Of a stretch of DNA of 64,000 bases, positions 60,335 to 64,000 are shown piece by piece (within the stretch, counting starts at the first letter, position 1; every line of letters starts with the position of its first letter). Origin of the DNA: Bacteroidota bacterium (GTDB lineage: Bacteria; Bacteroidota; Ignavibacteria; UBA10030; UBA8401); NCBI GenBank assembly GCA_021796215.1, contig JAJYOK010000011.1, positions 4,747-68,746 on the forward strand. The letters run 5' to 3'. The notes below the pieces were generated by a model that was not told the DNA's origin, ran no database searches, and saw only the letters and a list, made by a program, of their open reading frames with translations. Made by a program: the position numbers and the translations under genes.

Positions 60335-61324
60335 ATGCAGTACGATATTAAAACGATCAACGAAAAAATTCAGAAAGAAAGCGCTTTCGTTGACCTATTG
60401 ATCATGGAAATCAGCAAAGTGATTGTCGGGCAAAAATATATGACCGAACGATTGCTTATCGGACTTCTCGCCAACGGCCATATTTTGCTGGAAGGCGTAC
60501 CCGGACTGGCAAAAACGCTCGCCGTGAAAACATTGGCGCAGGCAATCCAGGCAAAATTCCAGCGCATTCAATTCACTCCCGATCTTCTTCCCGCCGACCT
60601 TGTCGGCACACTCATTTACAATCAGAAAGATTCAAAATTTCAGACAAAAAAAGGGCCGATCTTTGCCAATTTTATTTTGGCTGATGAAATCAACCGCTCA
60701 CCGGCAAAAGTACAAAGCGCTCTCCTCGAAGCGATGCAGGAGAGACAGGTAACAATCGGCGAAGAGACATTTAAATTGGATGAGCCGTTTCTCGTTCTTG
60801 CAACGCAAAATCCGATTGAGCAGGAAGGCACATATCCATTGCCGGAGGCACAAGTTGACCGCTTCATGTTGAAGATTAAAATTGATTATCCGAGCAAGGA
60901 TGAAGAGCTGCAAATCATGCGGCAAAATATTGGAACTCAAAACAACACAATGAAAACAGTCGTCTCGCCGAAAGATATTCTTCGAGCGCGCGCCGCAATG
61001 AATGAAATCTATATGGACGAAAAAATCGAGCGCTACATTTTAGATATTGTCTTTGCAACACGCGCACCCAAAGATTACGGCCTTGACAATGTCACACAGC
61101 TTATTAGTTACGGCGCATCGCCGCGTGCGACAATCAACTTAGCATTGGGAGCAAAAGCGTATGCATTCATCAAGCGGCGCGGTTACGTGATTCCGGAAGA
61201 CGTTCGCGCCGTAAGCCTGGACGTGCTGCGGCACCGTGTTGCCGTTACCTACGAAGCTGAAGCAGAAGAGGTCACTTCCGAAAATATCATTCAGGAAATT
61301 TTGAACAAAATTGAAGTACCGTAA
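60335..61324 (+). CDS. MoxR-family AAA+ ATPase
   Basis: LLEGVPGLAKT Walker A. ILADEINR Walker B. Conserved MoxR C-terminal domain. Confidence 0.92.
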   Translation: MQYDIKTINEKIQKESAFVDLLIMEISKVIVGQKYMTERLLIGLLANGHILLEGVPGLAKTLAVKTLAQAIQAKFQRIQFTPDLLPADLVGTLIYNQKDSKFQTKKGPIFANFILADEINRSPAKVQSALLEAMQERQVTIGEETFKLDEPFLVLATQNPIEQEGTYPLPEAQVDRFMLKIKIDYPSKDEELQIMRQNIGTQNNTMKTVVSPKDILRARAAMNEIYMDEKIERYILDIVFATRAPKDYGLDNVTQLISYGASPRATINLALGAKAYAFIKRRGYVIPEDVRAVSLDVLRHRVAVTYEAEAEEVTSENIIQEILNKIEVP

Positions 61325-61417
61325 TCAATTAGCCGCAGAGAGCACGGAGGGTATAAATTAACTTTTTGAAAAATTCTCTCCTGAACTCTGTGGCTCAGTG
61401 GCTAAGTAAAGCATGTA

Positions 61418-62293
61418 ATGACAACCGCAGAGTTATTAAAAAAAGTACGACAAATCGAAATTAAAACGCGGGGGTTGGTAAACCACGTTTTCTCCGGCGA
61501 ATACCATTCCGTTTTCAAAGGACGTGGAATGGAATTTTCCGAAGTGCGCGAATACCAATACGGCGATGACATTCGTGCAATTGATTGGAATGTCTCTGCG
61601 CGGTTCAATCATCCGTTCATCAAAATTTTTGAAGAAGAGCGCGAGCTGACAGTTATGCTTCTTGTTGACCTGAGCCGTTCTGAGCAGTTCGGCTCGGTGC
61701 ATTCAATGAAGAACGAAATCGCCACCGAAATTTGCGCTGTGCTTGCTTTCTCCGCGATCCGCAATAACGACAAAGTCGGATTGATTATGTTCACCGACAA
61801 GATTGAAAAATTCATTCCTCCGAAAAAAGGCAAGGCGCACATTTTACGCATTGTGCGCGAGCTGCTGTCGTTCGAACCGGAAAGCAACGGCACTAATTTG
61901 AAAGCGGCACTTGAATATCTGAATCATGTGATGAAAAAACGTTCCATTTCATTCGTTATCTCAGATTTTATTGATGAAGGGTATGATCAGGCGATGCGCA
62001 TTGTCAGCAAACGGCACGATGTCATTGCAATTACGATGAGCGATCCGCGCGAACGCGAATTACCGAAAATCGGCTTGGTGAAGATGAAGGACGCGGAAAG
62101 CGGCGCAGAACGCTGGATCGACACCGGCAGTATTCATATTCAGCAGGCATTCCGCTATTACTGGCAGCAGCACGAAGCGCGCTTACAAAAATTATTTCTT
62201 TCAACAAAAGTGGATCGCATTGCAGTCACAACCGACCAACCGTATTTGAAACCGCTGGTGGATTTTTTCCGGTTACGCGAGCGGCGTTGGTAG
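61418..62293 (+). CDS. DUF58 domain protein (vWA-like, MoxR partner)
   Basis: YQYGDDIRAIDWNVSAR DUF58 motif. Confidence 0.88.
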   Translation: MTTAELLKKVRQIEIKTRGLVNHVFSGEYHSVFKGRGMEFSEVREYQYGDDIRAIDWNVSARFNHPFIKIFEEERELTVMLLVDLSRSEQFGSVHSMKNEIATEICAVLAFSAIRNNDKVGLIMFTDKIEKFIPPKKGKAHILRIVRELLSFEPESNGTNLKAALEYLNHVMKKRSISFVISDFIDEGYDQAMRIVSKRHDVIAITMSDPRERELPKIGLVKMKDAESGAERWIDTGSIHIQQAFRYYWQQHEARLQKLFLSTKVDRIAVTTDQPYLKPLVDFFRLRERRW

Positions 62294-62322
62294 TTTTGCG
62301 GCAAACAAAAATATTATCCCCA

Positions 62323-63366
62323 ATGAAAAGTTATATGAAATACAAGGTATGGAGTAAGGAACATGGAACATGGAGAAAATTTCTCTATACCCTCTACTCC
62401 CTACTCCTTACTCTTTACTTTCTGTTCTTTTCCGTCAGTTCAGCACAAGCTAATGAAGGAACAGCAGCACACGTTTCCGTTTCTGCCACGACAGATTCAA
62501 GCCATATCACTATTGGTGATTGGTTTCATTATACTATCAACGTCCGGCACCCCTCCGGCGTTACGATTCTGTGGAAGCAGAATGCCGATTCGCTTGGCGC
62601 GTGTACCATTGTTCAACAGGATTCTGTTTCGAAAACTGAATCGAGCGGCTTTGTCACCGAACAAAAGTCTTTTACGTTATCAAAATATGATGCTGGCACG
62701 ATAACAATTCCACCGTTCACCGTCGGTTATACTACAACCGGCGACACAACGATTCACGAAGCAGAATCGGAGCCTGTCACCATTCAAGTTGCGACGGTCG
62801 CGGTTGATACCACGCAAGGCATCAAAGACATCAAGCCGCCGCTCAGTCTGCCGTGGACGTGGAAAGAAATTGCAATGTACGCTGGAATTCTTCTTCTCCT
62901 CTGTGTGCTTGCTTACCTCGTTTATTATTACATGAAGAAGAGAAGAAAACCGGAAGAAATTGTTGTAGAAGAAAAGCCGAAAGTTCCGCCGCATGTAACA
63001 GCACTGGTTCAACTGCGTGAATTGGAAGCGGAACGTATATGGCAGCGCGGAGAAATAAAATTATTTTACAGCAAAGCGACCGAAATTCTCCGCTCCTATT
63101 TTGAAGGGCGCTTTGGAATCACTGCGCTCGAAATGACGACCGACGAAATTATGAACCAGCTTCAACACGTCACACTTCCCAAGGAGATCAAAAAAGAAAT
63201 CAACGAAATGCTTACATCGGCCGACTTCGTAAAATTTGCAAAGTTTGCTCCGACGCCGGCTGACAACGATGAATTTATTCCACGGGCGATAAAAATTGTC
63301 GAAGCAACCAAACCCGTTGTTGAAAATCCTGTGACAGAAGGAAAAGAGGCGGCAGTCAATGTTTGA
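62323..63366 (+). CDS. Bat-operon membrane protein (signal peptide, extracytoplasmic domain, single TM, cytoplasmic tail), hypothetical
   Basis: Start at MKSYMKYKVW (ATG 62323); the track ORF begins at an upstream TTG (62287). TM helix IAMYAGILLLLCVLAYLVYYY. Confidence 0.5.
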   Translation: MKSYMKYKVWSKEHGTWRKFLYTLYSLLLTLYFLFFSVSSAQANEGTAAHVSVSATTDSSHITIGDWFHYTINVRHPSGVTILWKQNADSLGACTIVQQDSVSKTESSGFVTEQKSFTLSKYDAGTITIPPFTVGYTTTGDTTIHEAESEPVTIQVATVAVDTTQGIKDIKPPLSLPWTWKEIAMYAGILLLLCVLAYLVYYYMKKRRKPEEIVVEEKPKVPPHVTALVQLRELEAERIWQRGEIKLFYSKATEILRSYFEGRFGITALEMTTDEIMNQLQHVTLPKEIKKEINEMLTSADFVKFAKFAPTPADNDEFIPRAIKIVEATKPVVENPVTEGKEAAVNV

Positions 63367-64000
63367 TGTTTCGTTTGCAAATGAAAGCTATCTTTTCCTC
63401 TTACTGTTAATTCCTGCGCTCGGCGTTTGGTACTACTATCGTCAACGCCGGCAGCAAAGCGATGTTCAATATTCAAGCCTGAAACCATTCGCCGATCTTC
63501 CCCGAACACGAAAGGAACGCATGCGGCATGCGCCGTTCATTCTTCGCATGGGCGCACTTGCGCTTCTCATCATCGCGCTTGCAAGGCCGCAGTCAACATC
63601 GCACGGACAAAATGTGTACACCGAAGGCATTGATATCGTTCTTGCACTTGATATTTCGGGAAGTATGCTCGCGGAAGATTTTCAGCCCAACCGTATCGAA
63701 GCGGCAAAAGCTGTAGCACAGGATTTCATCGACGGCAGAACTAATGACCGCATCGGCCTTGTTATTTTCTCTGGAGAAAGTTTTACGCAATGCCCACTGA
63801 CAACTGATTATCCGGTATTGAAAAACCTTTTACACCAGGTAAAACCCGGCATGATTGAAGACGGCACCGCAATCGGGTTAGGATTGGCAACTGCGGTGAG
63901 CCGTCTGAAGGACAGCAAAGCAAAAAGCAGAGTGATCATTCTTTTGACGGATGGTATGAACAATCGCGGAGAAATAGACCCGATTACCGCTGCACAAATC
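63359..64000 (+). CDS. vWA domain protein BatA-like (partial; continues past window end)
   Basis: ATG at 63359 overlaps the upstream stop by 8 nt. Two N-terminal TM helices. vWA MIDAS motif DISGSM. No stop before 64000. Confidence 0.8.
   Translation, partial: MFDVSFANESYLFLLLLIPALGVWYYYRQRRQQSDVQYSSLKPFADLPRTRKERMRHAPFILRMGALALLIIALARPQSTSHGQNVYTEGIDIVLALDISGSMLAEDFQPNRIEAAKAVAQDFIDGRTNDRIGLVIFSGESFTQCPLTTDYPVLKNLLHQVKPGMIEDGTAIGLGLATAVSRLKDSKAKSRVIILLTDGMNNRGEIDPITAAQI

Noticed and set aside
61391-61406. tRNA-like D-loop string GGCTCAGTGGCTAAG
   Set aside because: No acceptor stem, anticodon arm or T-arm (GTTCGAATC-like) nearby. It forms the loop of the hairpin over the DUF58 start instead.
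1-64000. CRISPR arrays, IS elements, integrases, prophage, toxin-antitoxin or classic defence genes
   Set aside because: None detected. No direct-repeat arrays, transposase/integrase-like ORFs or terminal inverted repeats were seen on either strand.

Overview
This 64 kb window is a gene-dense chromosomal segment from an FCB-superphylum bacterium (Bacteroidota/Ignavibacteriota-like). Lineage evidence, all read from the sequence: three proteins carry type-IX-secretion (T9SS) C-terminal sorting domains, LpxC and FabZ are fused in one protein, a MoxR/DUF58/vWA Bat-type operon is present, and bamA is followed by two skp genes and then lpxD, lpxC-fabZ and lpxA. Many genes have clear Shine-Dalgarno sites (AAGGAG/GGAGG), which argues against a classical Bacteroidia; GC is roughly 50% by eye. 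About 60 CDS are called and almost all intergenic space is short. No rRNA, tRNA, CRISPR array or mobile element is seen. Most of the window is core housekeeping: panB, lpxA/lpxC-fabZ/lpxD, skp x2, bamA, uppS, thyA-folA, rmuC, rsmB, rpmE, lptD-like, ROK kinase, rarA, ftsB-like, ddl, macAB-like efflux, maeB, ridA, parAB, moxR/Bat. The most system-like region is 10.7-20.0 kb. It holds a translationally coupled operon of a CarbopepD_reg lipoprotein, a GAF sigma54 enhancer-binding protein (EBP), a Ser/Thr kinase with C-terminal PEGA domains, a Kelch-repeat T9SS cargo and a DUF5683-like membrane protein. Just downstream sits a near-consensus sigma54 promoter (TGGCACGgagcTTGC) with an upstream palindrome, in front of a 781-aa multi-CarbopepD_reg T9SS cargo gene. 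This looks like an undescribed EBP/STK-controlled, sigma54-driven secretion-cargo module. Other points worth a second look: tandem HGSNAT/DUF1624 membrane acyltransferase paralogs next to an alpha-oxoamine synthase (possible lipid pathway); a degenerate YajD-like HNH protein behind a perfect palindromic operator; a 33-nt hairpin element present at two distant intergenic sites; and two DUF5683-like paralogs.
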